A DNA stretch of 64,000 nucleotides. Origin: Candidatus Latescibacterota bacterium (GTDB taxonomy: Bacteria > Latescibacterota > UBA2968 > UBA8231). The notes beneath the pieces are model-generated. The model did not search any database and was not told the origin of the DNA. It worked only from the letters and a program-made list of their open reading frames with translations. Within the stretch, counting starts at the first letter, position 1; each line of letters begins with the position of its first letter. Location: positions 1,312,001 to 1,376,000 of the forward strand of contig OZ241889.1 in NCBI GenBank assembly GCA_965203355.1, given 5' to 3'. Made by a program: the position numbers and the translations under genes. Positions 17,403-27,409 of this stretch are shown here, one piece after another.

Positions 17403-18518
17403 ATGGCGATGGAAATCAAGACCGAAGTTATCTCCAAGTGTCACTTCACACTCAATTCCTCACTCAAATTCATCTTTTGCGGTGAAGACGAGATATTAGT
17501 TCTACACGGCATGAGATCCAAATTCAACCAGACGATCAGAGATGAGGGCAGAACCCATCTTCTGGGTCGGATACTCCGTCGTTTGGAGTCGCCGGTTTCC
17601 CTGCAAGACCTCCATGAGCAAAAAGTGATTGGGGAAGAAGAGCTCGAAGATGCGAAAGAGCTCCTCACGACTCTGGCCGACCAAGGGATTCTCTCCCCAG
17701 CCAGTGAGAACCCTATCGCAAGTTATTTGAATGCTATCATAGGCGACAACCAAGATCTCGATGGCATCTGCATTGGCATCATAGGTGCCGGTTATCTCGG
17801 TAGCCGCGTGGCGGAGGAATTAGCAAGAATTGGAGTCGGCCAGATACAAATTCTGGATGACCGAAGGATAGAAAATGTCGCGATTGATCAGGCCTTGTTT
17901 AACCTCTCCCCAACTTATATAGAAAAGGAGAGACCTTATGTAGAATGCTTGAAATCGCACCTGTCAGATCTCGGTTACGATCACCTCAAGGCGATCAAAG
18001 AACCTTATCATAATCAAGACGCCTTAGAAAACCTATTTGGTGCTGCAAATTTCGTCGTCGCCACCTCCGAAGTGTTCTCTTCCCATCTCTTTCATACCAT
18101 AGATATCGCAGCACTCTCTGTTGAGAAGCCGTGGATGTCCGCATTTATGGACGGAAGTGAATTCTGTATCGGCCCTATCTATGTGCCTGAAGAAACATGC
18201 TGCTACAATGAATTTGAAATCCAATCGGAAGCTACCTTGTCTATGCAGCCCAGCGAGTATTATACCTATAAAGAGGAAATGAGTAAGAACGGCATTTACA
18301 GCCATCAATTCGTCTTCCCTCCCTATGCTAGCATAGCCGCCGGCTTTGTAGCTAGCACCGTCTCGTCTTTTTTATTGTCTGAGAAATCTTCTCTAATAGG
18401 TCGATGCTTTCGCGTCAATCTTGAAAAGCCCTATGTCGATTACGAAGAAATCCTTAAACTCCCTAGATCTCCTACATCTGTTGACATGCGTAATGGGTAT
18501 AGACACATGTTTCTCTAA
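17403..18518 (+). CDS. E1/ThiF-like TOMM cyclodehydratase partner (SagC-like leader-binding protein)
   Basis: About 100-aa N-terminal winged-helix/RRE-like region, IIGAGYLG loop and IGPIYVP..T.C motif. Cluster context. Confidence 0.82.
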   Translation: MAMEIKTEVISKCHFTLNSSLKFIFCGEDEILVLHGMRSKFNQTIRDEGRTHLLGRILRRLESPVSLQDLHEQKVIGEEELEDAKELLTTLADQGILSPASENPIASYLNAIIGDNQDLDGICIGIIGAGYLGSRVAEELARIGVGQIQILDDRRIENVAIDQALFNLSPTYIEKERPYVECLKSHLSDLGYDHLKAIKEPYHNQDALENLFGAANFVVATSEVFSSHLFHTIDIAALSVEKPWMSAFMDGSEFCIGPIYVPEETCCYNEFEIQSEATLSMQPSEYYTYKEEMSKNGIYSHQFVFPPYASIAAGFVASTVSSFLLSEKSSLIGRCFRVNLEKPYVDYEEILKLPRSPTSVDMRNGYRHMFL

Positions 18519-18595
18519 ACATCTTGTGAAAGCGTTTATTGACTAGCAAAAGCGCATATCGCCAATCTGACATAATATAACCAACGGAGTACAAA

Positions 18596-19399
18596 ATGAC
18601 CGTCGAATCTTTTCGTATCGCTCCAGAAGCTCTCTTAGGGCACATACAGATATCTCTGGAATCGCCGATTGTACCTTCTCCTCACAGCATTGATCTAAGC
18701 CATTCGGCTGCTTCGGATTACCTTTATCGGCAAGTTAGACCAAAGCCGCATGTAGCCGAATTGTACCATGAAAACTCGAAACTGAGTCCCCACTCGACCC
18801 TGCAGATTCCCTCTGATACCTCAATTCTTGAACAAGTTCGCCGCTGGTTCTTTGAAACCGCCTATCGCGTTGATGAAGAAACCCTGGTTGCCAACGGCCC
18901 TGGACTAAGAAGCCCCCATGACCAACTCCCTGAGTGGCTTCAAGCCCCACTAAGTTTTTTTGCCAAACCGGGATTCCTAGCCAATCTGCTTTATGCCATT
19001 GATCTGCTCGTGCTACACGATGGAATGCTTTTCCGCGTAGTTCCAGAGTCGGACTATCTCTGGATTGAGCGCGAAGCAAAAAACGAAGCCACGCGTTTAC
19101 CCGGTCTGTTCTGGAGATCGCCACCTGTAAGCATTGAAGAATGTTCGACCATGTTGATTGTCGTCGCCTGTCCTTGGCGATACATGCTTATCTACGGCCC
19201 TCGAGGTTACCGCCACACCTTACTTGATATTGGGCGATTGCTGGGATACTTTCAGTATCAGTACGAACCCGGCGGATACCCAGTCACCGTCCACCAAGAT
19301 TTTCTCGACACAAAAGCAGATGAATTCGTACAAGCCGATGGCGTAGAACGATCTGTTTACGCTCTACTTACCTTCTCACCTCTTAACGCGAATGGATAG
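18596..19399 (+). CDS. Divergent SagB/nitroreductase-fold protein
   Basis: AELYHENSK and WRY..YGPRGYRHTLLDIG resemble SagB-family dehydrogenases. FMN-binding motifs are degenerate. Confidence 0.7.
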   Translation: MTVESFRIAPEALLGHIQISLESPIVPSPHSIDLSHSAASDYLYRQVRPKPHVAELYHENSKLSPHSTLQIPSDTSILEQVRRWFFETAYRVDEETLVANGPGLRSPHDQLPEWLQAPLSFFAKPGFLANLLYAIDLLVLHDGMLFRVVPESDYLWIEREAKNEATRLPGLFWRSPPVSIEECSTMLIVVACPWRYMLIYGPRGYRHTLLDIGRLLGYFQYQYEPGGYPVTVHQDFLDTKADEFVQADGVERSVYALLTFSPLNANG

Positions 19400-19402
19400 A
19401 AA

Positions 19403-20377
19403 ATGGCAATCAGTGAAAGAGAGTCCACTGTGGTAGAAAAACCGAACTCGTCTCCTCATTCAGAGCAAGCGACTCCCCTAGAGCCAATGTTAATTCAAGA
19501 GCTAGAAGAGTTGGTTCCTCAGGAACAGCAAGTCTTATGCGAACTCCTAAAGCGGACCAAGCGAGACAGGTCGGTTAATGGACCTATAGACGAGTTAGCT
19601 GTTGTAGTAAACGGATTAAAGGACTATCCAAAAGAAGATGAATGGCTAGATTTTCTAAAAATAAAAGAAAAAATCGCACCAGATTTACACAAAGAATTCG
19701 CCGGCACACAAAAAATTCAACTGGCGGCGGAGTTTCCACCCATCACCAAATCTATATCGGAGGTAATCAGCGGTCGGACTTCGATCCGGGATTTTAAGCG
19801 ATCAGCTTTATCGCTCGAAAAACTAAGTACAATATTGGGTCAGGCCTGTGGTGTACGGGCTCATATGTCTGCGTATAATCGTCGCAATGTTACGCTACGC
19901 AATTTCCCGACTGCTGGCGGACTACAATGCACTGAATTTTATCTCGTGGTAAACGAAGTCGAAGGCTTTACTCAAGGGCTGTACCATTACAATTCTGAGC
20001 AAAACTGCCTAGAATTGCTTGAGAGGGGAAATTTTCGCTGGCGCGTGGTCGATTGTTGTCCTTCTCACGAATGGTTGGCTGAAGCAAGTATAGTTATTTT
20101 TATTGCCTCTGATATATCACGGCTTACATGGAAATATGGTGCCTATAAATCATATAGATTAGCTCATCTTGAAACTGGTGTCGTAAGCCAGAATCTACAT
20201 CTTGTCGCCACGGCATTTGAGTTAGGATCATGTTTGGTATTTGGATTCGATGATGAACGTACAGACTCCTTTTTGGGGCTAGACGGACGTCGGGAATTTA
20301 CAACCATAGTAGTTGCAATTGGAAATAAAGTAGATAAAGAATCACTCCTCAGAAAACTCTCTGATAAAAACAGTTGA
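19403..20377 (+). CDS. SagB/ThcOx-family FMN-dependent azoline dehydrogenase
   Basis: RTSIRDF, LRNFPTAGGL, GLYHY and WKYG..SYRLAHLETG..SQNLHL. Confidence 0.9.
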   Translation: MAISERESTVVEKPNSSPHSEQATPLEPMLIQELEELVPQEQQVLCELLKRTKRDRSVNGPIDELAVVVNGLKDYPKEDEWLDFLKIKEKIAPDLHKEFAGTQKIQLAAEFPPITKSISEVISGRTSIRDFKRSALSLEKLSTILGQACGVRAHMSAYNRRNVTLRNFPTAGGLQCTEFYLVVNEVEGFTQGLYHYNSEQNCLELLERGNFRWRVVDCCPSHEWLAEASIVIFIASDISRLTWKYGAYKSYRLAHLETGVVSQNLHLVATAFELGSCLVFGFDDERTDSFLGLDGRREFTTIVVAIGNKVDKESLLRKLSDKNS

Positions 20378-20390
20378 GGGATTATATAAA

Positions 20391-21164
20391 ATGGCCTTTT
20401 CAAATAGAACTATCTGGATTCGTAGTTTCGTCGCGCTCTGGATCGTCGAGTGCAAGTTGTTCCTGCGTCAGCCCACTGCCGCCTTCTTTACATTTGTATT
20501 GCCTGTTTTTTTCTTTTTGCTATTCGGATCTATCTTTGGAGAGGTTCCGCTGTGGGACCGTCCTGAAGTGCGTTATATTGATTTCTACGCTCCAGCACTT
20601 ATGGCTGCATATGTTGGCCAAGCGGGCTTAACTAACCTCACGAATTTTTTAGTTGAGTACCGTCTAATCGGTATTCTCAAGCGCTACGTCATCAGTCCAC
20701 TCTCGCTTGGATTTTACCTTTGTGTCCACGTCGCAATGCAAGCGATTGTTTTTATTATTTCTTCCTTGATCCTAATTGCGGTCGGCGAGGTCGTTTTTGA
20801 TCTCCATTTCCGAGGACACTGGGAGGTTGTCATATTTGTGGGATTGATCTGTATGACTTGCTTTTTTGCCTTGGGTTTTCTGATAAATAGTCTTTCTAAA
20901 TCTCCAAGAAGTACCCAAGCTCTAAGCCAATTTTTATTTTTGATTATGTTTTTTATATCGGGAGCCACCTTTTCTCGACAAATGTTTCCAGACTGGCTAC
21001 AGACTTTAAGTTTGGGCTCCCCTTTGACTCATGTCGTTACGATCTTTTCTGGTGTATGGCTCGGAGATCCTATATCTCAGCATGTGGATTCATTGACATT
21101 TCTTATAGTCATAGCCGTATTGTCGTACTCAATCGCCACTCGAACATTCAAATGGGAGGTGTAA
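20391..21164 (+). CDS. ABC-2 type exporter permease
   Basis: Six hydrophobic segments, with R..GILKR…SPL and F.SGA.F…P.WLQ….PLT motifs. Confidence 0.88.
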   Translation: MAFSNRTIWIRSFVALWIVECKLFLRQPTAAFFTFVLPVFFFLLFGSIFGEVPLWDRPEVRYIDFYAPALMAAYVGQAGLTNLTNFLVEYRLIGILKRYVISPLSLGFYLCVHVAMQAIVFIISSLILIAVGEVVFDLHFRGHWEVVIFVGLICMTCFFALGFLINSLSKSPRSTQALSQFLFLIMFFISGATFSRQMFPDWLQTLSLGSPLTHVVTIFSGVWLGDPISQHVDSLTFLIVIAVLSYSIATRTFKWEV

Positions 21165-21173
21165 GTATTCATC

Positions 21174-22637
21174 ATGACGTCCTTACAATTGCATTCTACT
21201 TATATCAACCCTCATCAAGAAAACTTGCCCAATGTGATGAGCGAGAAAGAAGGTAGGGCAATCAGAGAAATGCTCTCGTGGTATTTCCCCAATGGCCCGA
21301 TCAGGTATTCGACTGTTTATAGCGGTGGGGCCGGAATTTCCCAAACCACCGCCATCAATAGCAGCCACTGGAATGTCGATCAAGTCATGCGCCAAATCGT
21401 CGGCCTGCCTTCTCTCGATCTTGGATTGGATTCTTCTGTGATTGCGGGAGGCAAGGGTTTTGATCTTTCGGCTTCCTTTCTATCCGACTTAGGTGAAAGC
21501 GTTGAAAGGATATCTGGCGCATTCGCCTTCTTGAAAGAGGAATTGGAGATATACGCCGGATCGTATAGTTCTCTGCAAAAAATCGGTCAAAATGCTATTG
21601 CGCCGGAAGCACTTCCTCTGTTTGCAGATGAGCAATACGCCTCTCCCGACTTCTTCTTTCAACCCTTTACTCGCGACTCTGAATTTAACTGGGTCAAGGG
21701 GCGCCGACTCATAAGCCAAGAAGACATTTGGATTCCTCTGCAGCTCGTGCTCTTCTTCTATATCCCATCTATCGAGGAATCCCGAATCGGCTATTCCTCA
21801 TCTCCTGGTATGGCTTCTCATATAGACGAAGCCCTAGCCATCATTGCTGGAGTATTAGAGCTTGTCGAGCGCGATGCCTTGATGCTGTCTTGGTATGCAA
21901 ATATTCCGCTGCGCCGAGTAGAAGTTGACAAGCCGCTCTCTGCCAAAAAGGCTAATAGAGTTTTGGAACATATCAGATCTCTACCTGGAGATGTGAATTT
22001 CCGGCTACACGACGTTGGTTTTCCTAAGATGCTCTGCATCTCGGGGACTCAGCTAGTTCCCTATTATAAAAAATTTGCCTATCAGGCTGGAGCTGCCGCC
22101 GCATTGGATGGAGAAGAAGCTTTTGTCCAAGCCTTACTAGAATATGGGCAGTCTGAAATGCAATTGAAATCTGCGATGTTGACACCTCAACGACAATTAA
22201 TAAAAGGTGTCCAAGCCATATTCGACGCTCCACCTGACAAACCACTGGCCGAAATACGTACATTTTTGGAAACTGTTGGGTACTATGGGTATGCTGAGAA
22301 TGCTGATCGGATAGAGACATTTTTCAGTAGTGATGATACCGTGGCTCTTACGGAACTACCAAAGGTAAAATTCAAGCATTCAGAAGAACAGTTAGGCTAT
22401 CTTAAAGGGATACTTCAAGAATACAACATAGATCCTATTGTCATTGACTGTACTCATAAGCAGATGTCTCAGGTAAAGGTAGTCAAAGTATTCATTCCTG
22501 AATTACTACAGCCTCACATAAGCGCATACCCTTATTTAGGACATCCGCGGATCTATGAACTGCCTATGAAAATGGGATTAAGAGATAAACCACTTACATT
22601 CGAAGAGATCAAGCCAGGGCCTGTTCCTTTTCCTTAA
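21174..22637 (+). CDS. YcaO-family cyclodehydratase (azoline-forming, SagD-like)
   Basis: GGKG…GESVER, SSSPGMASH and LELVERDA ATP-site motifs. C-terminal PGPVPFP (PxPxP). Confidence 0.92.
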   Translation: MTSLQLHSTYINPHQENLPNVMSEKEGRAIREMLSWYFPNGPIRYSTVYSGGAGISQTTAINSSHWNVDQVMRQIVGLPSLDLGLDSSVIAGGKGFDLSASFLSDLGESVERISGAFAFLKEELEIYAGSYSSLQKIGQNAIAPEALPLFADEQYASPDFFFQPFTRDSEFNWVKGRRLISQEDIWIPLQLVLFFYIPSIEESRIGYSSSPGMASHIDEALAIIAGVLELVERDALMLSWYANIPLRRVEVDKPLSAKKANRVLEHIRSLPGDVNFRLHDVGFPKMLCISGTQLVPYYKKFAYQAGAAAALDGEEAFVQALLEYGQSEMQLKSAMLTPQRQLIKGVQAIFDAPPDKPLAEIRTFLETVGYYGYAENADRIETFFSSDDTVALTELPKVKFKHSEEQLGYLKGILQEYNIDPIVIDCTHKQMSQVKVVKVFIPELLQPHISAYPYLGHPRIYELPMKMGLRDKPLTFEEIKPGPVPFP

Positions 22638-22652
22638 TCTCAGTCTTGACCG

Positions 22653-23369
22653 ATGTTTTGTTTTGTTTTGATATTGGCTTACCCTGGCCTCTTTTATTTA
22701 GTACATACGGGATTATACCTTATAGGTAGCTGGGTACTGTCCGAAAGAGCGATAGGTGCAGCATTGGAACACTCCGGCTTAGCCTCTCTTACAGGTGCTC
22801 TGATTCTGATTCTACTATCGTGTGATCCAGCCATATACATTCTGACGTCGGCATTTGAAGAGCCTGTATGGTTCGATCTCCCAATGCCTCTATCGCTTGG
22901 CATTACGATATTTGTCAGCCTAGGTATAGGCGTAGCTTTTTATTATTTAGAAATCATTGCAGCACGGGCATTGTTGAAGCTACGGAAAAAAAATAAGCCA
23001 ATAGCAAAAAGTTGGCTGTTCGGAGAGACTAAACGCATCGTCAGGGGAGGACAAAAATTACCCATAAGCCTTCTGTTGGCATGCATCCTTGGCGAATCCC
23101 TGCTGGAGGAGGTATTGTGGAGAGGCTACTTGATCTCTTATGCAATGGATGTCTTAAATGTACCTGGGCAATACGCGGTCGTTATCGCATCTTTATCATT
23201 TGGCATGAATCATCTGGCTTATGGCCTGGCAAATGTGATTTCTAAAACCCTGTTTGGTGTAATTCTGAGTATCATGTACCTCGCCTCCGGTAGTCTTTTG
23301 CCACCTATACTATGCCATCAGGTCTTTAACCTTATGGTGTTTAAGGTACGGATTGAATATAAATCATGA
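22653..23369 (+). CDS. CPBP/Abi (type II CAAX) intramembrane protease, SagE-like
   Basis: EEVLWRG, FGMNH and HQVFN motifs in a polytopic membrane protein. Confidence 0.88.
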   Translation: MFCFVLILAYPGLFYLVHTGLYLIGSWVLSERAIGAALEHSGLASLTGALILILLSCDPAIYILTSAFEEPVWFDLPMPLSLGITIFVSLGIGVAFYYLEIIAARALLKLRKKNKPIAKSWLFGETKRIVRGGQKLPISLLLACILGESLLEEVLWRGYLISYAMDVLNVPGQYAVVIASLSFGMNHLAYGLANVISKTLFGVILSIMYLASGSLLPPILCHQVFNLMVFKVRIEYKS

Positions 23370-25045
23370 CTTCAACTGCGAATTTCTCATCTCCAGCTAG
23401 TAGCTGTCGAGCGCAAACTCCTATCTTGCAGATAAATGCCTTGCGCAAAACCTATGGCAAGCTCGTCGCTGTCCAGGAAGCTAGTTTTGCCGTATATCCA
23501 CAACAGGTCTTTTGTCTGGTAGGACCCAATGGAACGGGTAAAACGTCTATCATAGATTGCATTGTGGGCTTGAAAAAGCCTGACTCTGGAGACATTTACT
23601 TGTTTGGTGAAAGTATCCCCGACTTGCGTCGGCGCAAGGACATACGCAGTAGAATCGGCATCCAATTTCAAGAAGATTCTCTCTACAATGATATTCGGGT
23701 CAGAGAGGCACTACGCCTTTATGCGAAAATGTATCAGAACCCGGTTGATCCTGACGAGTTGATAGACATATTTGAACTGCGACGCCAGCAGAAAACAGCT
23801 TACAAAGACCTGTCAGGAGGAGAAAAGCGCCGGCTGCTCATTGCCATTGCCTTAGTGGGCAAACCAGCACTACTGATCCTCGATGAGCCATCGAGTAACT
23901 TGGATCCACATTTGCGTCGGCAGCTCTGGGATACCCTGAATCACTATCGCAGCGAGGGCCTTACCATTGTCATGACCACCCACAACATGCAAGAAGCTCA
24001 GCAGTACAGCGATGTGGTCTGCGTGATGAACAAGGGCCAAATCATTGCCGTTGGTTCGGTGCCGCAACTGCTCGAACAGTTCCAGTTAAACCTCAAAGTA
24101 GAGGTAGAAACCGAAGTCGAGCCCGAAGCCTTGGCAGACTGTCCTGGAATAACCCACGTCGACGTCAGTTCTCAAGGCGTATCCATTTATGGCAATGATG
24201 AGGTGTTTAGGAATGCAGTTATAGACCGTCTTAATAGCTTGAACATACATCAATTTTCCGTAAAAACCGCCGATCTTGAAGATGTGTACCTATTCGCCAC
24301 GGGAAGCCGATACATGCGCTATAGTCAAAAAAACGCAAAAAATGATCAGGGCATCGAATCTGAAACTCTTTTTGTCGAGGGCAAAGAGCTTCTTCAGCAG
24401 GCAATCGATTCCGCCAACCCCGATCAACTATATGAAGCACAGAAACTGTTCGACCGCGCTCGCCAAAACGGCCATCACGAGGAATTTGCACTGTATTATC
24501 TGGCTTTGTGCGAATACCGTCTCGCCACGATCTTTGTGGCTACTCCCGATGAGCAGACCCAGTGCATCAACCGAACCATAGAGCATCTCAAAAGGGCCGT
24601 TGAATTGGAAGACAACTTTAGCGACGCCCATGCCCTCTTAGCTAGTGCCTACGGTCAAAAGCTCGGCCTGAAGCCTCAGTTGGGCATGGCACTGGGTCCT
24701 GAGAGCAAAAGAGTTCTTGAAAAGTCGAAGCGGCTTGATGGCAACAATCCCCGCGTTGTCTTAATAGATGGCATGAGAGATTATTATACTCCTGCTATGT
24801 TCGGCGGCGATAAGCAGCGGGCCATCTCCAAGCTGGAGCATGCCCTTGAGCTGTTTGCCAAGGAAGAAGTTAGCGACTCCTTGCAACCCTCTTGGGGCTA
24901 CGACGAAGCCTGTGTGCAGTTGGGTATCATGCGTCAAGAGGCCGGAGACATCGAAGGGGCGAGGGAAGCCTTTGTCAAAGCTCTTGAAGTAAACCCCAAC
25001 AACGGCTGGGTGAAATCCCAGTTGCTACCGGGATTGGATGGTTAG
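23366..25045 (+). CDS. ABC transporter ATPase fused to C-terminal TPR domain
   Basis: GPNGTGKT, LSGGE, LILDEP, TTH and LEDVY. Then ~230 aa paralogous to the TPR protein at 27410. Confidence 0.88.
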   Translation: MTSTANFSSPASSCRAQTPILQINALRKTYGKLVAVQEASFAVYPQQVFCLVGPNGTGKTSIIDCIVGLKKPDSGDIYLFGESIPDLRRRKDIRSRIGIQFQEDSLYNDIRVREALRLYAKMYQNPVDPDELIDIFELRRQQKTAYKDLSGGEKRRLLIAIALVGKPALLILDEPSSNLDPHLRRQLWDTLNHYRSEGLTIVMTTHNMQEAQQYSDVVCVMNKGQIIAVGSVPQLLEQFQLNLKVEVETEVEPEALADCPGITHVDVSSQGVSIYGNDEVFRNAVIDRLNSLNIHQFSVKTADLEDVYLFATGSRYMRYSQKNAKNDQGIESETLFVEGKELLQQAIDSANPDQLYEAQKLFDRARQNGHHEEFALYYLALCEYRLATIFVATPDEQTQCINRTIEHLKRAVELEDNFSDAHALLASAYGQKLGLKPQLGMALGPESKRVLEKSKRLDGNNPRVVLIDGMRDYYTPAMFGGDKQRAISKLEHALELFAKEEVSDSLQPSWGYDEACVQLGIMRQEAGDIEGAREAFVKALEVNPNNGWVKSQLLPGLDG

Positions 25046-25170
25046 TCGCAATGGATGAGATCTCGCTATTAGCCGAGCCGTATCGCCGATAGAATAGCAC
25101 AGCGGTAGGCTCCCGAATTACTATAGAGCACAAAATAGAGCACAAAAGCACCCTATCGCTGGAGACCATT

Positions 25171-27387
25171 ATGCGTTGGCTAGGGCTGGTTTCACTTTTT
25201 AACATCTGTTTTTCTTTGCCTGCCTTTGCCCAAGTTAGGGCTTTCGTCCAAGGCCAGGTCGTCGACGAAACCGACCGACCGATGGCCTTCGTCAACGTAC
25301 AAATCGTCGACACCACCGACGGCGCAGTAACAGCCCGCGACGGTCGCTTTGCCTTTTCCACTCAGCACCTCGGTCCACGCGACCTGAGTGCCTCCTTCAT
25401 CGGCTTTGAACCCGCCCGGCAGACTCTGCATTTGACGGCGGGCGATACCACCACGGTGCGCTTGATGCTGCGGAGTATCCTCATTGAACTCGGCGAAACC
25501 GTCGTCACTGTTAGCACCTATACCACTGGAGAGGATGAGACCGTTACTTTGGCCCCCCTAGATGTGGTTACAACGCCTGGGGCTTCTGCCGATATTTTTC
25601 GTGCGTTCAAAACCTTTCCCGGCGTTGCCACCGTAGATGACGGTGCCGGGCTTTTTGTCCGGGGGGGCGATGTGAGCGAGACCGTTATCTTGCTCGATCA
25701 AGCCACGGTAGTGCATCCCTACAGATACGAATCGCCCACTGGTGGAGTATTCGGCACGATTCCTCCCTTTATGGTGAAAGGTACGGCCTTTTCCACCGGC
25801 GGATTCTCCGCCCGCTACGGCAATGCGCTTTCTGCGGTGCTGACAATGGAGAGCCTAGACATGCCCGTGCAACGAAGCTATACGCTCGGTCTGGGCCTTG
25901 CTGCTGGCTCTGTGGGCTTCGACTTGCCTCTTGTTGAGGACAAGCTCGGCCTTCGTTTTACGGGCAACCGCAGCTTTACCGGTCTCCTCTTCCACGTCAA
26001 TGGTCACCGCGACAAATTCGCCACCACGCCACGCGGGTACGACGGTAATCTCAACTTGGTTTACCAATATTCGCCTACCGGACATCTCAAGTTTTTCGGT
26101 TTTAACGCGAGCGACGAGGTCGGCGTACAGGTTGCAGAGCCTTCGTTTGACGGCCTTTATCGCAACAGCACGGATAGGGCCTTGCACAATCTCCAGTGGA
26201 CGGATGTTTGGGCCGATTGGGCCATACAGACCAGTGCCTCGCTCAACCAGTACAAAACCCGGCGACAATTGGGCAATCTAGATTGGACCCCTCGCGACCT
26301 GACCGGCAAAATTCGCACAGACTGGGAACGCGTCCTCGATGCCTTCGGGATCTTGCGCCTCGGTGCTGAAATAGAGTACGCTGACAACCGCTTTGTAGGC
26401 AGCATTCCTCAAGGAGACATTTTCGACCCCGAGGCCGAGATTTTTGCACTCGACAACTCCTACGGTGAACGGCGCACGGGTGCCTACTTTGAGGTTGATT
26501 TCAAACCCGTGCGCCGCATTGTCGCCAATGTCGGGATGCGCACCGATCACCACAATTTATCCAGCGATTTTGTCGTCGACCCGCGTCTATCTGCCCGATA
26601 CCAGTTCTCAGAAGACACCAATGCCCGACTCGCTTGGGGCATCTATCACCAATTTCCCGCCCCACTTGAATACAATCCCATCAGCGGCAATCCCAATTTA
26701 GACCCCCAACGCGCCCAACACTGGATAGGTGGCCTGCACCACGAGCGCGGGGAACTCCTAGTACGGCTGGAGGCTTACTACAAACCCTACCGCAATCTGG
26801 TGCTAGATGACGCCGAGCGGAACCTTGCAAGTGAAGGTAACGGCCAAGCCGCTGGAGTTGACTTCTTTTGCAAATACGGTGCTTTTCTCAATACGCGCTT
26901 GAGCGGATGGATGTCCTACAGTCTGCTGAGATCGCGCCGGTTGCAGGTGCGCCATCTAGGGTTTGAGATGCTCCGCGAAGAAGCACCTTCGCCGTTTGAT
27001 ATCACGCACAATCTGACCTTAGTCACAAAAATGCAGATCGTTCGCACCCTTAGCGGCGGTCTGACTCTGAAGTACGCCACTGGTCGTCCCATCACGCCAA
27101 TCGTCGGTGCCGTTCCCGCAACAGACAAAAGCTACTACTTGCCGGTGGAAGGACCCGTCGGATCAGAACGGCTACCGTCCTTTCAACAGATAAATGGGCA
27201 GTTGAGCTATGTGCATTTTTTTAACGCCGGGCACCAAGCGGTCTTCTATTTGGCGGTCAACAACCTGCTCAACCGCGCCAACGTGCTCGACTATGATTAC
27301 AGCATTGACTATACCCAGCGTCAGCCACGCACCACGCTCTTTCGCCGGTCCATTTACTTTGGCACCAGTGTTTCCTTGAACTATTGA
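25171..27387 (+). CDS. TonB-dependent receptor with N-terminal carboxypeptidase-regulatory-like domain
   Basis: Signal peptide, plug motifs VRGG and GGFSARYGNALS, PRLSARY, NNLLN and a terminal aromatic residue. Confidence 0.9.
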   Translation: MRWLGLVSLFNICFSLPAFAQVRAFVQGQVVDETDRPMAFVNVQIVDTTDGAVTARDGRFAFSTQHLGPRDLSASFIGFEPARQTLHLTAGDTTTVRLMLRSILIELGETVVTVSTYTTGEDETVTLAPLDVVTTPGASADIFRAFKTFPGVATVDDGAGLFVRGGDVSETVILLDQATVVHPYRYESPTGGVFGTIPPFMVKGTAFSTGGFSARYGNALSAVLTMESLDMPVQRSYTLGLGLAAGSVGFDLPLVEDKLGLRFTGNRSFTGLLFHVNGHRDKFATTPRGYDGNLNLVYQYSPTGHLKFFGFNASDEVGVQVAEPSFDGLYRNSTDRALHNLQWTDVWADWAIQTSASLNQYKTRRQLGNLDWTPRDLTGKIRTDWERVLDAFGILRLGAEIEYADNRFVGSIPQGDIFDPEAEIFALDNSYGERRTGAYFEVDFKPVRRIVANVGMRTDHHNLSSDFVVDPRLSARYQFSEDTNARLAWGIYHQFPAPLEYNPISGNPNLDPQRAQHWIGGLHHERGELLVRLEAYYKPYRNLVLDDAERNLASEGNGQAAGVDFFCKYGAFLNTRLSGWMSYSLLRSRRLQVRHLGFEMLREEAPSPFDITHNLTLVTKMQIVRTLSGGLTLKYATGRPITPIVGAVPATDKSYYLPVEGPVGSERLPSFQQINGQLSYVHFFNAGHQAVFYLAVNNLLNRANVLDYDYSIDYTQRQPRTTLFRRSIYFGTSVSLNY

Positions 27388-27409
27388 TCTTCACTAAAAG
27401 AGGCTATTT

